From a virus (lineage: Duplodnaviria; Heunggongvirae; Uroviricota; Caudoviricetes): DNA of 21,941 bases. The notes beneath the pieces are model-generated. The model was not told where the DNA came from. It ran no database searches and saw only the letters and a program-made list of their open reading frames with translations. Position numbers and translations under genes: made by a program. Of the stretch, positions 1 to 8,596 are shown in pieces. The stretch covers positions 64,001 to 85,941 of the IMG/VR virus record IMGVR_UViG_3300043433_000105; one strand, 5' to 3'. Every line of letters starts with the position of its first letter. Within the stretch, counting starts at the first letter, position 1.

Positions 1-72
1 GCTTGCCAAAACGCGAATGGTTTGACCGCTTTTCTTGGATTTAAACTTTTGACCGACTTTCACTTTCAACAT
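1..72 (-). CDS. 5' end of a hypothetical gene running off the window edge
   Basis: ATG at 72 with AAGGA 7-8 nt upstream. Only 23 codons are visible. Confidence 0.4.
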   Translation of the reverse strand, partial: MLKVKVGQKFKSKKSGQTIRVLAS

Positions 73-116
73 AATGTTTTCCTTTTAAAAATACTGAATA
101 ACTGATTCAGCGACAG

Positions 117-344
117 TTACGCCTGCAAAATGAAATCAGCGACAACGCCAACCTTTGCAAGTGTAGAACCTTCTGGAAGCTGAGACAACAGAGCCATTTT
201 AGCATCGGTTGAACTCATGGAGATGACAGCAACAACTTTAGAGTCGCCATCAGGTGTTGTAAATTTGTAACTGAACACCTTTGGTCGCCCTTGATCTTCA
301 AGTACATCAATCACTTCATCGCTTGTCTGTTTTGTATCTTCCAT
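117..344 (-). CDS. hypothetical protein (75 aa)
   Basis: ATG with AAGGA RBS, downstream of a TGTGCTATAAT promoter. Same strand as neighbours. Confidence 0.75.
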   Translation of the reverse strand: MEDTKQTSDEVIDVLEDQGRPKVFSYKFTTPDGDSKVVAVISMSSTDAKMALLSQLPEGSTLAKVGVVADFILQA

Positions 345-363
345 AACAATTCCTTAAAAATTC

Positions 364-376
364 ATTATAGCACAGA
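364..376 (-). promoter_or_regulatory. extended -10 sigma70-type promoter (TCTGTGCTATAAT)
   Basis: Perfect TATAAT at 364-369 with a TG extension. The same motif recurs at 10448-10459 and 11998-12009. Confidence 0.7.
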
Positions 377-380
377 TTTA

Positions 381-1904
381 CTATGCTCTCCACTTTCCAT
401 TGATAATATTGATCAATTGACGCTTGCCATTCGAATACACAATACAGTGGGTGTTGATCCAACTAGATGGGCCAGATGTATACTCCAGCTTCAAGTTGCT
501 GGAAGTGCCTACCTGATATGCGCCATAGATGATTCCTGGCGTGTGGCTATGACCAATCACATAACGTTGAGACAAGTCAGCATATTGGTTAATCGAGCCA
601 CGCGCACCATTTTTACCCTCATGTCCGTGAGAACCTAATTCTACACCAGAAATACTGAAGGATTCGCCATGCGCTAAAAACTGCGTTCTAGGCGTATCAA
701 CAGACTCACAGTACAGTTTAAATGGGTCAGCATAAGAAACTCCACTCTCACCTTGCTTCAATGTATTGAGTACATTATACATCATTTTATGGTAGAAAAG
801 TGCATTCCATGGCTCATGTTTGATATCAACTGTTGTTAGCCATTTAGTCAAGTGATCACTATGATTAGAAGGGACAATGATATTTTTATAGTTACCAAGG
901 GTTGTCTCTTTAATATATTCAACCGTCTTTTTTAACTCATCTTCGACCTTATCCATACCAAAAACGTGTTTTGCTACAGTCTTGATAGAGTCGCCCCTAT
1001 GGTGATGACTACCGGAGTACATATCCAACACATCGTGACGCACAACAAAATCAGGGTTTAACACATTGACAATCGAATCTTTGTTTGTGTATGTCGCCGC
1101 TTTGACTGTAGGGGATGCAAAAATTGCATGCTCATCACCAGTAACCAAGGCAGCAGCATAATCAAAACCGTCTGGCCCATGTTTGCTGTCTGCAGACCAA
1201 ATATTACCTATATCACGGAATTTGTTATCACCGTCACATGATAGCACACGAACATGAAAATCATTATCACTATCGATTTCAACCAAAACAGCAGAATAGG
1301 AATGGTTGAATTGTGCTTTTTCACCAACTTTGTTGTTTGCATACTGAGGGTGACTAATTGCACCTGTCGTATGCAAAATTGCAGGATGTCGAGACGCGCT
1401 TACTGCACTTGCTTTCATTCGAAGCTGTGGTGAAGGTACAATTAATGTATCACCACGAGAAAGAGACTCTAAGCCTGCCAATGGGTTAACTGTTGTCGGT
1501 ATGAAGTTGAATTTACCCATAACAAAAACTTCGTCATGAATCTTTAACTTTGTTGTAACGAGAGTGTGTTCTACATCCTCGGGGATTTCATATTCCAAAA
1601 CATCATAATCACTTGCACGGTAGTTGATAGGAACAATCAACAATTCAGCATTGTGATAATCACAATAGTTGCGCAGAGCGTATAAAAATTCCTCATGCAC
1701 AGGAGTATTGTTTTGACAAGATGTAATCACATACTTGCTCACTGCGCCATCACGTACAGGTTCAGCTACAACATCTTCTAGTTGTTTACTAAACCAACGG
1801 TTACAAGTTTGACACATATATCGTTGTGTCGTTGTGCCATTTTTGTTCAGTCGATTTTTAATAAACTTAGTGTCTGCAGATGTGCAGTGTGTACAATTAT
1901 GCAT
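381..1904 (-). CDS. T5 A1-like calcineurin-type metallophosphoesterase/nuclease with N-terminal zinc ribbon
   Basis: GDEH, HDVLD, SNHSDH, HGHEG, GHSH metallophosphoesterase motifs; GKNGARGS and GPSSW segments recall A1-family proteins; N-terminal CxxC...CxxC. Start reassigned to ATG at 1904 (AGGA RBS). Confidence 0.75.
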   Translation of the reverse strand: MHNCTHCTSADTKFIKNRLNKNGTTTQRYMCQTCNRWFSKQLEDVVAEPVRDGAVSKYVITSCQNNTPVHEEFLYALRNYCDYHNAELLIVPINYRASDYDVLEYEIPEDVEHTLVTTKLKIHDEVFVMGKFNFIPTTVNPLAGLESLSRGDTLIVPSPQLRMKASAVSASRHPAILHTTGAISHPQYANNKVGEKAQFNHSYSAVLVEIDSDNDFHVRVLSCDGDNKFRDIGNIWSADSKHGPDGFDYAAALVTGDEHAIFASPTVKAATYTNKDSIVNVLNPDFVVRHDVLDMYSGSHHHRGDSIKTVAKHVFGMDKVEDELKKTVEYIKETTLGNYKNIIVPSNHSDHLTKWLTTVDIKHEPWNALFYHKMMYNVLNTLKQGESGVSYADPFKLYCESVDTPRTQFLAHGESFSISGVELGSHGHEGKNGARGSINQYADLSQRYVIGHSHTPGIIYGAYQVGTSSNLKLEYTSGPSSWINTHCIVYSNGKRQLINIINGKWRA

Positions 1905-1940
1905 CTTTTTCCTAAAGTTAAGAGCGAGTTTTCCAAAATA

Positions 1941-1947
1941 ATAAATA
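1941..1947 (+). promoter_or_regulatory. T4-type late promoter-like ATAAATA upstream of the endonuclease gene
   Basis: ATAAATA ~30 nt before the ATG at 1976. The context is AT-rich, so a chance match is possible. Confidence 0.45.
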
Positions 1948-1975
1948 AAAGAAACCAATATCACGAAAGAAAACC

Positions 1976-2977
1976 ATGCCAGCAAAGATTAAATGGAGCA
2001 TCGAAGAAGATGCGTTACTAACAGATTTATGGGTAAATTCTACACTACCTTCAAAAGAAATCAAGATAGGCAATAAAACGCTACGCCAAATGCAAACTAG
2101 ATCGACGCAGCTTGGGTTGAAACGCAACTTAGAAGCAAAACGTCTAGCGACTGTAGAATTCAATAAAACCAAAGGGAGAGATTTATCACCCGAGGTACTT
2201 TACAAAATAGCAAAACAATATACAACATTCCAAGAATTTAAGTCATGTGACGAAAGTGCTTACACTACAGCCTTAAAACAAAAATTATTGGGAACCTATG
2301 ATTGGCTTTTGCCAAGTAGAATTCATCTACCAGAGACAATAATTAAAATAATTCTTGAAATGGCATACGAAAATAAAACCATCTTATGCAATGACAGGAA
2401 TTTGATAAAACCATATGAACTCGATGTTGTGGTTCTCGATGATTTAATAGCATTTGAATATGATGGCGTAAATTTCCATGACATTAAAGAATCTATTGAG
2501 CGTGACAACCTAAAGGAAAAGTTATGCCAAGAAAAAGGTATCACACTAATACGAATTGTAGAAAAGTGTAAAAAACGACCATTTGAAAATATAAAGGATG
2601 TAATGTTAAGCCACGGCTTAAAAGTCGATCATATTTCCGAAAAAGAAGTTTTGGAAAAAGTTGTAAAAATAATGCGGTTAGACTTAGATCGCATTAAAAC
2701 GGAAATTTTAAGCAAATACAAAACACTCAAATCATTTCGAGAAAATGATGTGACAACTTATAACCTTCTGTACAAAATAGGTAGACTAGATATAGTCGAT
2801 TCAATTAGAACAAAAAAATTAAATAATTCTTATAATCATAACGAAATGAATGAGCAACTGTCGAAAGTTGGTTCTAAAAATGAATTTAGAACCAACTTTC
2901 ACGCATTATACATTCATATGATGAAGAATAAAACTAAATTTAAAAATCAAATTTTGACTTATAAAAGTTTAAAATAA
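1976..2977 (+). CDS. free-standing homing endonuclease, Vsr/DUF559 (Hef-like) PD-(D/E)XK family
   Basis: PYELDV...AFEYDGVNFH catalytic segment; repeated KY-T-x-x-F...Y helical units; Myb-like N-terminus (KWSIEEDALL); AT-rich and opposite in strand to its neighbours. Confidence 0.75.
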   Translation: MPAKIKWSIEEDALLTDLWVNSTLPSKEIKIGNKTLRQMQTRSTQLGLKRNLEAKRLATVEFNKTKGRDLSPEVLYKIAKQYTTFQEFKSCDESAYTTALKQKLLGTYDWLLPSRIHLPETIIKIILEMAYENKTILCNDRNLIKPYELDVVVLDDLIAFEYDGVNFHDIKESIERDNLKEKLCQEKGITLIRIVEKCKKRPFENIKDVMLSHGLKVDHISEKEVLEKVVKIMRLDLDRIKTEILSKYKTLKSFRENDVTTYNLLYKIGRLDIVDSIRTKKLNNSYNHNEMNEQLSKVGSKNEFRTNFHALYIHMMKNKTKFKNQILTYKSLK

Positions 2978-3793
2978 TCCTAATTTTTCAGTCGCAATAA
3001 GCCATGACTTACATAGGCCACTACGAACAATATCATCGATGGTGAATTTAATTACTCCAAACTCTCGCATGTTTGAAATAACACGCATCATATCATGAAA
3101 ACCAGACATATCAGTCTTGGTTTTAGAGATATCAGTTTGGGCACCATCACCAATTACAACCAGCTTAGAATCTTTACCAGTGCGTGTAATAACAGTAGAA
3201 ATTTCAGAAAATGTGCAATTTTGCACTTCATCTAAAACAATAATGCTATTATTGAAAGTAAGGCCCCGAGTATGTGATGTTGTCGCAAACTCGATAACCT
3301 CCATATCTTTTAGTTTTTCATAAGCATCTTTTCTACCAAATAAAGCACCACAAATATCTTGATATGGCGCTTCAAATGGTGCGCTCTTTTCATCTAAATC
3401 GCCTTTGAGATATCCCATTTCACGCACAGCAGCAATACTGCGTAAAATCACAATACGTTTATACGGTGTTTCCCCAGACAGAACATCAGCCAAAGCCAGT
3501 GCAAGTGCAATATATGACTTACCAGAACCAGCACTACCAACAGCAGCAATAGCATCCTTTGAATCCCATGCATCAAAAAAATCTTCTTGTGCCCGAGTCA
3601 TGGGATTTACGGTTTTTAATTCACGAAGGGTGATTCCCCGACTTCTCGTAGTTGCGCTTGTGGTCGCAAGTGGAGCAGAAACCATTAATTCCTGTTCAAG
3701 TCTTTTCTGTTGTCGTGTTAGCCGTTTGGCTTGACGTTGCAACGCTGCGGGTGCAGAAGTGAGTGTAGATTTTTTAGTAGCAGAACGTGCCAA
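2969..3793 (-). CDS. phoH: PhoH-like ATPase
   Basis: Walker A GSAGSGKS, MGYLKGD, RGLTF, LDEVQN, GDGAQTD and RSGL motifs. TTG start with GGAG RBS. Confidence 0.95.
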   Translation of the reverse strand: MARSATKKSTLTSAPAALQRQAKRLTRQQKRLEQELMVSAPLATTSATTRSRGITLRELKTVNPMTRAQEDFFDAWDSKDAIAAVGSAGSGKSYIALALALADVLSGETPYKRIVILRSIAAVREMGYLKGDLDEKSAPFEAPYQDICGALFGRKDAYEKLKDMEVIEFATTSHTRGLTFNNSIIVLDEVQNCTFSEISTVITRTGKDSKLVVIGDGAQTDISKTKTDMSGFHDMMRVISNMREFGVIKFTIDDIVRSGLCKSWLIATEKLGLF

Positions 3794-3794
3794 G

Positions 3795-3870
3795 TTGAAA
3801 CTCCATGGTTGTTAAAAAAATTCGAGGGCTACTCACTTCACCCTCAAATCGATTTAATGCGGAGTTTCAA
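3795..3870 (-). promoter_or_regulatory. anti-Shine-Dalgarno helix over the phoH RBS
   Basis: Perfect 10-bp inverted repeat TTGAAACTCC (3870-3861) / GGAGTTTCAA (3804-3795). The 3' arm contains the phoH SD. Confidence 0.6.
3814..3849 (-). terminator. intrinsic terminator between fmdB-like gene and phoH
   Basis: ATTTGAGGG / CCCTCGAAT stem (one G-U) followed by a run of T on the minus strand. Confidence 0.65.
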
Positions 3871-4151
3871 TACTTCCCAACATCATAGCTACTCAGCTTG
3901 TCTAGATTACTTCCAACTGTGCGACTATGCACTTTTGCAAGTACATCCTTAAAACCACCCAGATTTGACCCATAACCGCCCTTGGTGACGACTGTATAGG
4001 CAAACATAGGCGCACCTAGCTGCCGTGCAATTTCTCCCGTAGTGCCACATTTTGGGCATATCACATCACGAGTTTCATCACGATCTGCAATCTTCATATT
4101 CATGTCAAAAGTGTGTTCGCACCGTTGACATGTATAGTCATACATTGGCAT
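3867..4151 (-). CDS. FmdB-family zinc ribbon protein
   Basis: MPMYDYTCQRC...CPKCG signature; start reassigned to ATG 4151. Confidence 0.9.
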   Translation of the reverse strand: MPMYDYTCQRCEHTFDMNMKIADRDETRDVICPKCGTTGEIARQLGAPMFAYTVVTKGGYGSNLGGFKDVLAKVHSRTVGSNLDKLSSYDVGKY

Positions 4152-4152
4152 A

Positions 4153-4488
4153 TTAGCTTGCGAGAACCAAACTAGATTCAGGCAAAACGATCTTGCTGAA
4201 TTGGCGACTGTGGGCTTCACGCAGTTCAGAGCCTGGGGTAGCCATGATCACCTGTGAGACTGGTGCAGAAATTGCCCCGTCAGCATAGACCATAAAAGGC
4301 GCAAGGCTAAACTTAAAGTTTCCTTTACCGTCAGCCATGGTGATGATTTCCAACACATTCGTAAGGATCAACGATCCATCAACAAAGTTTACATCGGCAA
4401 TCACCTTTTCACCCGAAGGCAAACCAAGCACCAGCAATTGGGTTTCATCAATCGTCTGCATATTCTGGTTCTGTGTGTCTGTTGTCAT
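4153..4488 (-). CDS. conserved T4-like phage protein, probable Sm-like fold
   Basis: LGLPSGEKVIADV...LAPFMVY pattern resembles Sm-like proteins of T4-like phages. The start is uncertain (4488 or 4461). Confidence 0.55.
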   Translation of the reverse strand: MTTDTQNQNMQTIDETQLLVLGLPSGEKVIADVNFVDGSLILTNVLEIITMADGKGNFKFSLAPFMVYADGAISAPVSQVIMATPGSELREAHSRQFSKIVLPESSLVLAS

Positions 4489-4642
4489 GTATAATTTCAC
4501 TTTCTTTAATTTTATCTAAGGATTTCGGGTCTATTTTCTTACACTTGCTACATTCAAAGCCCACATAAATGTAACCATTTTCTCTGTATGTTATAACCTT
4601 ACCTTCATATTGTCCAGTAAGGTGTGCTAACCAGTGAAACAT
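4448..4642 (-). CDS. small hypothetical protein with CxxC
   Basis: ATG directly abuts the upstream stop codon at 4643; contains FECSKC. Confidence 0.65.
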   Translation of the reverse strand: MFHWLAHLTGQYEGKVITYRENGYIYVGFECSKCKKIDPKSLDKIKESEIIHDNRHTEPEYADD

Positions 4643-5581
4643 TTAATCCCACTTAGCTTCGTTAGGAATCAACTTACGGTACTGAATAAAACCTTGCAGG
4701 TTTGCAGACCAATAGTTACCTTTACGATCAACATGGGTCACACCTTCTTCCCAATCCAATTGATTAGGCCCTTGGTCATCCATCATCGGGGTTGCCTGAT
4801 GTTCAACAGGTGATGCATGAATGCGCGAACCACTAAACAGCTTGTTGAAAATGTCAATAGCCTTCTCTACACTGTCATCCAGTTTGCGGTATGATACCTG
4901 TGCGCAGCAAGAGGCAGAGATTTTACGCGCTGTATCAAGATCAATTTCGTTACCGGCTGTATCCAAGTAAACAAGCGCTTCGTGACCACCCGAATACAAA
5001 ACAACTTTAGTTTCAACGTAAGGCAAATGCCATTCACCTGGGTGCAGCAAAAATGGCGTCGATTGATTGATAGCTTCGGTGATACAACGTGCCAATTCAG
5101 CGAATTCTGGCTGTGCATCCTCATGATCACGCAACCAAACCAAGTTAGCCCATTCGGTACCAGACACCACAGCTTTATGCATCTGAAATGCTTCGAGTGG
5201 TCGAGCAGCGATTTGTTTGTGCAAATTAGCAGAACCCATTTCAGCAACATAGTGCATGATAGACTGCTTACACGATTCCCAAAGGTGTTGTGCGCGGCTC
5301 AATTCAGTATCTGACAACTCTTCTTTAGCAGACATACCAGACTGGTTTTTACCCCACCAAACAGGCACAAACCCGTTTTGGGATGCGTACTCAAGTGCGC
5401 GGGTCAGTGGAACGGCACGGCTGGATTGGCTGTTCTTAGACAGCATGCGATGCGTCATCAATTCACCATGGATAACACGAGGGTAGATCATCTCAAGAGT
5501 AATCATTCGATTACCCAAACTATTAATCGAATCAGCAATCACTGTTGCTGAGATACCATTTTTACCTTCAACTTTTACCAT
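4643..5581 (-). CDS. thyX: flavin-dependent thymidylate synthase (Thy1/ThyX-like, phage type)
   Basis: THRMLSKNSQSSR fits the (R/T)HRx7S motif; SASCCAQVSY and HASPVEHQATP segments; AAGGA RBS. Confidence 0.8.
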   Translation of the reverse strand: MVKVEGKNGISATVIADSINSLGNRMITLEMIYPRVIHGELMTHRMLSKNSQSSRAVPLTRALEYASQNGFVPVWWGKNQSGMSAKEELSDTELSRAQHLWESCKQSIMHYVAEMGSANLHKQIAARPLEAFQMHKAVVSGTEWANLVWLRDHEDAQPEFAELARCITEAINQSTPFLLHPGEWHLPYVETKVVLYSGGHEALVYLDTAGNEIDLDTARKISASCCAQVSYRKLDDSVEKAIDIFNKLFSGSRIHASPVEHQATPMMDDQGPNQLDWEEGVTHVDRKGNYWSANLQGFIQYRKLIPNEAKWD

Positions 5582-5610
5582 TCATTTTCCTTAACATTAC
5601 AAAGTTTTAT

Positions 5611-5991
5611 TTATCTACCATACAGCCCACGCTGATAAGCAGCCTCATTTCGATTACGCTGCAGATTACCCAAACATTGATAGTACATCTCATTCAAGTA
5701 AACTGCACAGTAGCCATGATCTCTCTGATTGTATCCCTGCATCTGTGATTGGTCAATAACAACAGGTGGTTGCGATACATGAGGATACCCATACGTAGGA
5801 TATGGAGACGGCGCATAAACAGGCTCACGCTTATCTTTACCCACAACATACCCAATAATGCCGCCAACAACCGCTGCTTGGCCTTCGGTCAATTGAGCAT
5901 TAGCAGGAGAGCAGTTAGCTAGGATTGCTGCAAATGCTATTGCTGTGCAAATTACTTTCAATCGGATTTTATTAATTAGTTTCATATTCAC
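5611..5991 (-). CDS. hypothetical exported/membrane protein with glycine-zipper-like segment
   Basis: Basic N-terminus, hydrophobic stretch and PANA cleavage-like site; AAVVGGIIGYVVG; Pro/Tyr-rich linker. Confidence 0.7.
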   Translation of the reverse strand: MNMKLINKIRLKVICTAIAFAAILANCSPANAQLTEGQAAVVGGIIGYVVGKDKREPVYAPSPYPTYGYPHVSQPPVVIDQSQMQGYNQRDHGYCAVYLNEMYYQCLGNLQRNRNEAAYQRGLYGR

Positions 5992-6002
5992 CTCGTCACT
6001 AA

Positions 6003-6030
6003 AATATACACCAGTTTTCTATATTGTCAA
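6003..6030 (-). promoter_or_regulatory. sigma70-like promoter TTGACA-16nt-TATATT
   Basis: Perfect -35 directly downstream of a terminator; TG precedes the -10. Confidence 0.55.
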
Positions 6031-6032
6031 CG

Positions 6033-6055
6033 AAAAAGACCCCGAAGGGTCTTTT
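6033..6055 (-). terminator. intrinsic terminator with UUCG loop
   Basis: AAAAGACCC-TTCG-GGGTCTTTTT. Confidence 0.9.
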
Positions 6056-6073
6056 ATTTCTTTTCTTCTTAGC

Positions 6074-6583
6074 TTATGCTTCGAAAGTGATACCACCAAC
6101 CTTCAGCCGAGTGATAGATTCTTCTGCAAAGGTGCGGATAATAACTTTGTTATCCAATCCACCTTGATCACCATTGCTGGAAGACTGTTCACCAACCAGT
6201 TCAGCGCTGATCACTTTACCATCCAACTGGTATTCAACTTCGCCAGCACGGAGGAAAATCACTTCCAAGTAACGTTTACCTTTGTGTTCAACGATAGGAG
6301 TGCCTTCAACACGCTCACCCCACTGGCGAGGGCCGACATTGAAATCAGTAGCTTTACCTTCTTTTTCGAGACGACGCTTAACCATGGCTTCGTAACCATT
6401 AGTGTTCTTGTTTTGGAAAACCATCACAGAAGCACCACGCATAACCTTGGTGACACGACCTTGCAGAGGGTTGCTCTTACCACCCTTCAGAACAGGCTTA
6501 GTGGCGGTATCCATGCTAATGATGGTGTTGCCATTCACTGCGGAGAAGATTTGAGCGATGGTTTTGTTAACTACTTGTTTCAT
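6074..6583 (-). CDS. hypothetical phage protein (169 aa)
   Basis: AAAGG RBS; bounded by a promoter and a terminator; protein-like composition. Confidence 0.8.
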   Translation of the reverse strand: MKQVVNKTIAQIFSAVNGNTIISMDTATKPVLKGGKSNPLQGRVTKVMRGASVMVFQNKNTNGYEAMVKRRLEKEGKATDFNVGPRQWGERVEGTPIVEHKGKRYLEVIFLRAGEVEYQLDGKVISAELVGEQSSSNGDQGGLDNKVIIRTFAEESITRLKVGGITFEA

Positions 6584-6618
6584 AATCGTACCTTTTGAAG
6601 TTTTGTTGCGATGAATGA

Positions 6619-6628
6619 ATTATACAAC
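6619..6628 (-). promoter_or_regulatory. -10 element (GTTGTATAAT) immediately after the terminator
   Basis: Perfect TATAAT ~35 nt upstream of the ATG at 6583; no recognisable -35. Confidence 0.5.
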
Positions 6629-6654
6629 AAAAAAGGCCCCATAAGGGCCTTTTT
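6629..6654. terminator. bidirectional intrinsic terminator
   Basis: AAAAAAGGCCC-CATAA-GGGCCTTTTT. Confidence 0.85.
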
Positions 6655-6675
6655 CGAAATTATTTTAAAATAATT

Positions 6676-8409
6676 TTATTGGGCAGCTTTCTTCAGCCCA
6701 CCGATTTTACTCAATGGCACAGCATGCTCTTCACCGTTATAGTCTTTGCCACGTGATGCTTCCTGTTCTTCCGGTGCATCAATCTCATGGATACCAGTCT
6801 GCTTGATTTTGTCAAGTTTATACTGATCAATTCGGTGTGTGAAAGAAGAGTTGCTACGCTCACCACTTGTAGAAGTTGTTGCAGAAGTAACCACAACACC
6901 ACCTGCAGATTTAACATTTTTAGACTTGAAACGAGTAGCTTCCGAAGGCATATGATCATCGTCTTTGAAACGCGAATCAGATGGGATATCATGACCATTT
7001 ACACTTGTCATCCGTGGATGCAAGATATGTTGGTTTTGATACTCATACTTACGCGCACCCACTACTTTAAAGCCATGGTGCGCATTGCTTTCGGTTGTAG
7101 GCTTGCCAGAACCATCAAAGTGACCTTCTTTAGGCGTAGATGACAATTCAGAATCAGACAGCTTTGTACCGCGATCCCAGTATTTGATAGTCTTTGCATG
7201 TGCCTGATACTCTTTATCCATAACGCCACCACGTGGCAAGTTAGTGACCAAGTAAGAATGCATTGCAGGAGTCTTGTTACCTTGAACGTTGCGCAAGTCT
7301 TCACCAGATGACTTAGTAGCAGTCACGGTGTTATTGACACGATGCGAATCACGGTTAACGTTTTCACGCACCATTTTACCATTGATGACCTTTGGCCCAA
7401 TGTTCGAGTGTGTAACATGAGTACCGTTCTCTGGATCGTTCAATTCGTTGGTCTTGCTGTACTGATAGCTGATGATCTTTGACTTACCTTCAGATGCACG
7501 TTGCGCATTCAATTGACGAACCACGTGCTTAGTAGAACGATCATTCTCATTCAATGTGTTTGGACGAATGACAAAGTTTTTGTCTTTCTTGTCAGCCTTC
7601 TCAGCACCCATACGAATAGAGTGGGTGTGTGCCAAAATGTAATCCTGTGTCATCTTTGGATCGTGTTTAGATTGATCCAAATATGCGCGACGAATAGATG
7701 CACCTGGGTATTGTGCTTCAGCATTAGGAGCAAAGCAAGTACCTTTGGTTGTATTTGCCACGCCATGGGCATCTACACCACCACCACAGCCCCGAGTCTG
7801 CCCAGGGCACGTATTCACCACCCGATGTTGCGCATGCTCACCACCGCCCGATGTGTAAACCGCATGACCAGCAACACCTTTACATGCAGCAGCAATATAT
7901 CCACGACCAGCACTATCTTTTTCATGCAAAATGGTATCAGTCTTTTCAGATTCGTCAGTAGTGCTACCGGAATCCAAATGTTTTGCTGCCTTTAGACGAC
8001 CAATGGCTTCTTTCTCATGTGCAATCTGAAGCGCTTTAGGCTTTGCAAAATGTCGATCCAACACACTTTTATGCGATTCTTCCATTTCAGTAACAGAAAG
8101 CGGTTCACGATGTTCAGAACCATAGACTTCAGCACGTGCTTTGTTACGCTCTGACATTCCTGTCATGGTCTTGGAACCTTCCCACATATGGCGAGGAACA
8201 CTCAGCCCAGATACACCCTTTGGCGCACCTTCACCATCATGACGCATAATGATGCGTTTTGCATTTTCTGGATCAGGAGAAACTGATTCATTGATTTTTG
8301 TACCCTCAGACATGACATCATACTCGTTAGTGTCGAAGTGTTTTGCCTGAACATGAGCCTCTGTCGGGTTCATTCTTTCAGTTCTAAATTCTTTAAAAGT
8401 TTGCATCAT
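6676..8409 (-). CDS. large His-rich protein with GP88-like Cys-containing core; possible capsid-internal protein
   Basis: NTCPGQTRGC...TCF, IRPNTLNE, SYQYSK and THVTHS motifs in GP88-like order; N-terminal MMQTFKEFRTE leader. Confidence 0.55.
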   Translation of the reverse strand: MMQTFKEFRTERMNPTEAHVQAKHFDTNEYDVMSEGTKINESVSPDPENAKRIIMRHDGEGAPKGVSGLSVPRHMWEGSKTMTGMSERNKARAEVYGSEHREPLSVTEMEESHKSVLDRHFAKPKALQIAHEKEAIGRLKAAKHLDSGSTTDESEKTDTILHEKDSAGRGYIAAACKGVAGHAVYTSGGGEHAQHRVVNTCPGQTRGCGGGVDAHGVANTTKGTCFAPNAEAQYPGASIRRAYLDQSKHDPKMTQDYILAHTHSIRMGAEKADKKDKNFVIRPNTLNENDRSTKHVVRQLNAQRASEGKSKIISYQYSKTNELNDPENGTHVTHSNIGPKVINGKMVRENVNRDSHRVNNTVTATKSSGEDLRNVQGNKTPAMHSYLVTNLPRGGVMDKEYQAHAKTIKYWDRGTKLSDSELSSTPKEGHFDGSGKPTTESNAHHGFKVVGARKYEYQNQHILHPRMTSVNGHDIPSDSRFKDDDHMPSEATRFKSKNVKSAGGVVVTSATTSTSGERSNSSFTHRIDQYKLDKIKQTGIHEIDAPEEQEASRGKDYNGEEHAVPLSKIGGLKKAAQ

Positions 8410-8576
8410 TATTTTCCTAGTTGATTAGATTCGATAACATATTTATCGTCTTCAATTTTTTGAGGTGTTTCTACCTCTTTTTTACGAAAAATAAGATCAA
8501 AATTGCTCAAATAATCCTGCGAAGGGATTTTCGAAGCAATTTTGTCTCCGGTAATTTCATTAAAATTTTTACTCAT
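8409..8576 (-). CDS. small conserved T4-like phage protein (55 aa)
   Basis: MSKNFNEITGDKIASK...YLSNFDLIF pattern; AAGGA RBS; TAATG overlap with the next gene. Confidence 0.7.
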   Translation of the reverse strand: MSKNFNEITGDKIASKIPSQDYLSNFDLIFRKKEVETPQKIEDDKYVIESNQLGK

Positions 8577-8596
8577 ATGAGAGATGTCCTTATCAT

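Noticed and set aside
1794-1904. IS1 element suggested by the InsA-like zinc ribbon
   Set aside because: No InsB/DDE domain or terminal inverted repeats; the ribbon is fused in frame to a phosphoesterase.
5945-6598. 217-aa plus-strand ORF
   Set aside because: Antisense to a gene with RBS, promoter and terminator, and it crosses a terminator; no recognisable motifs.
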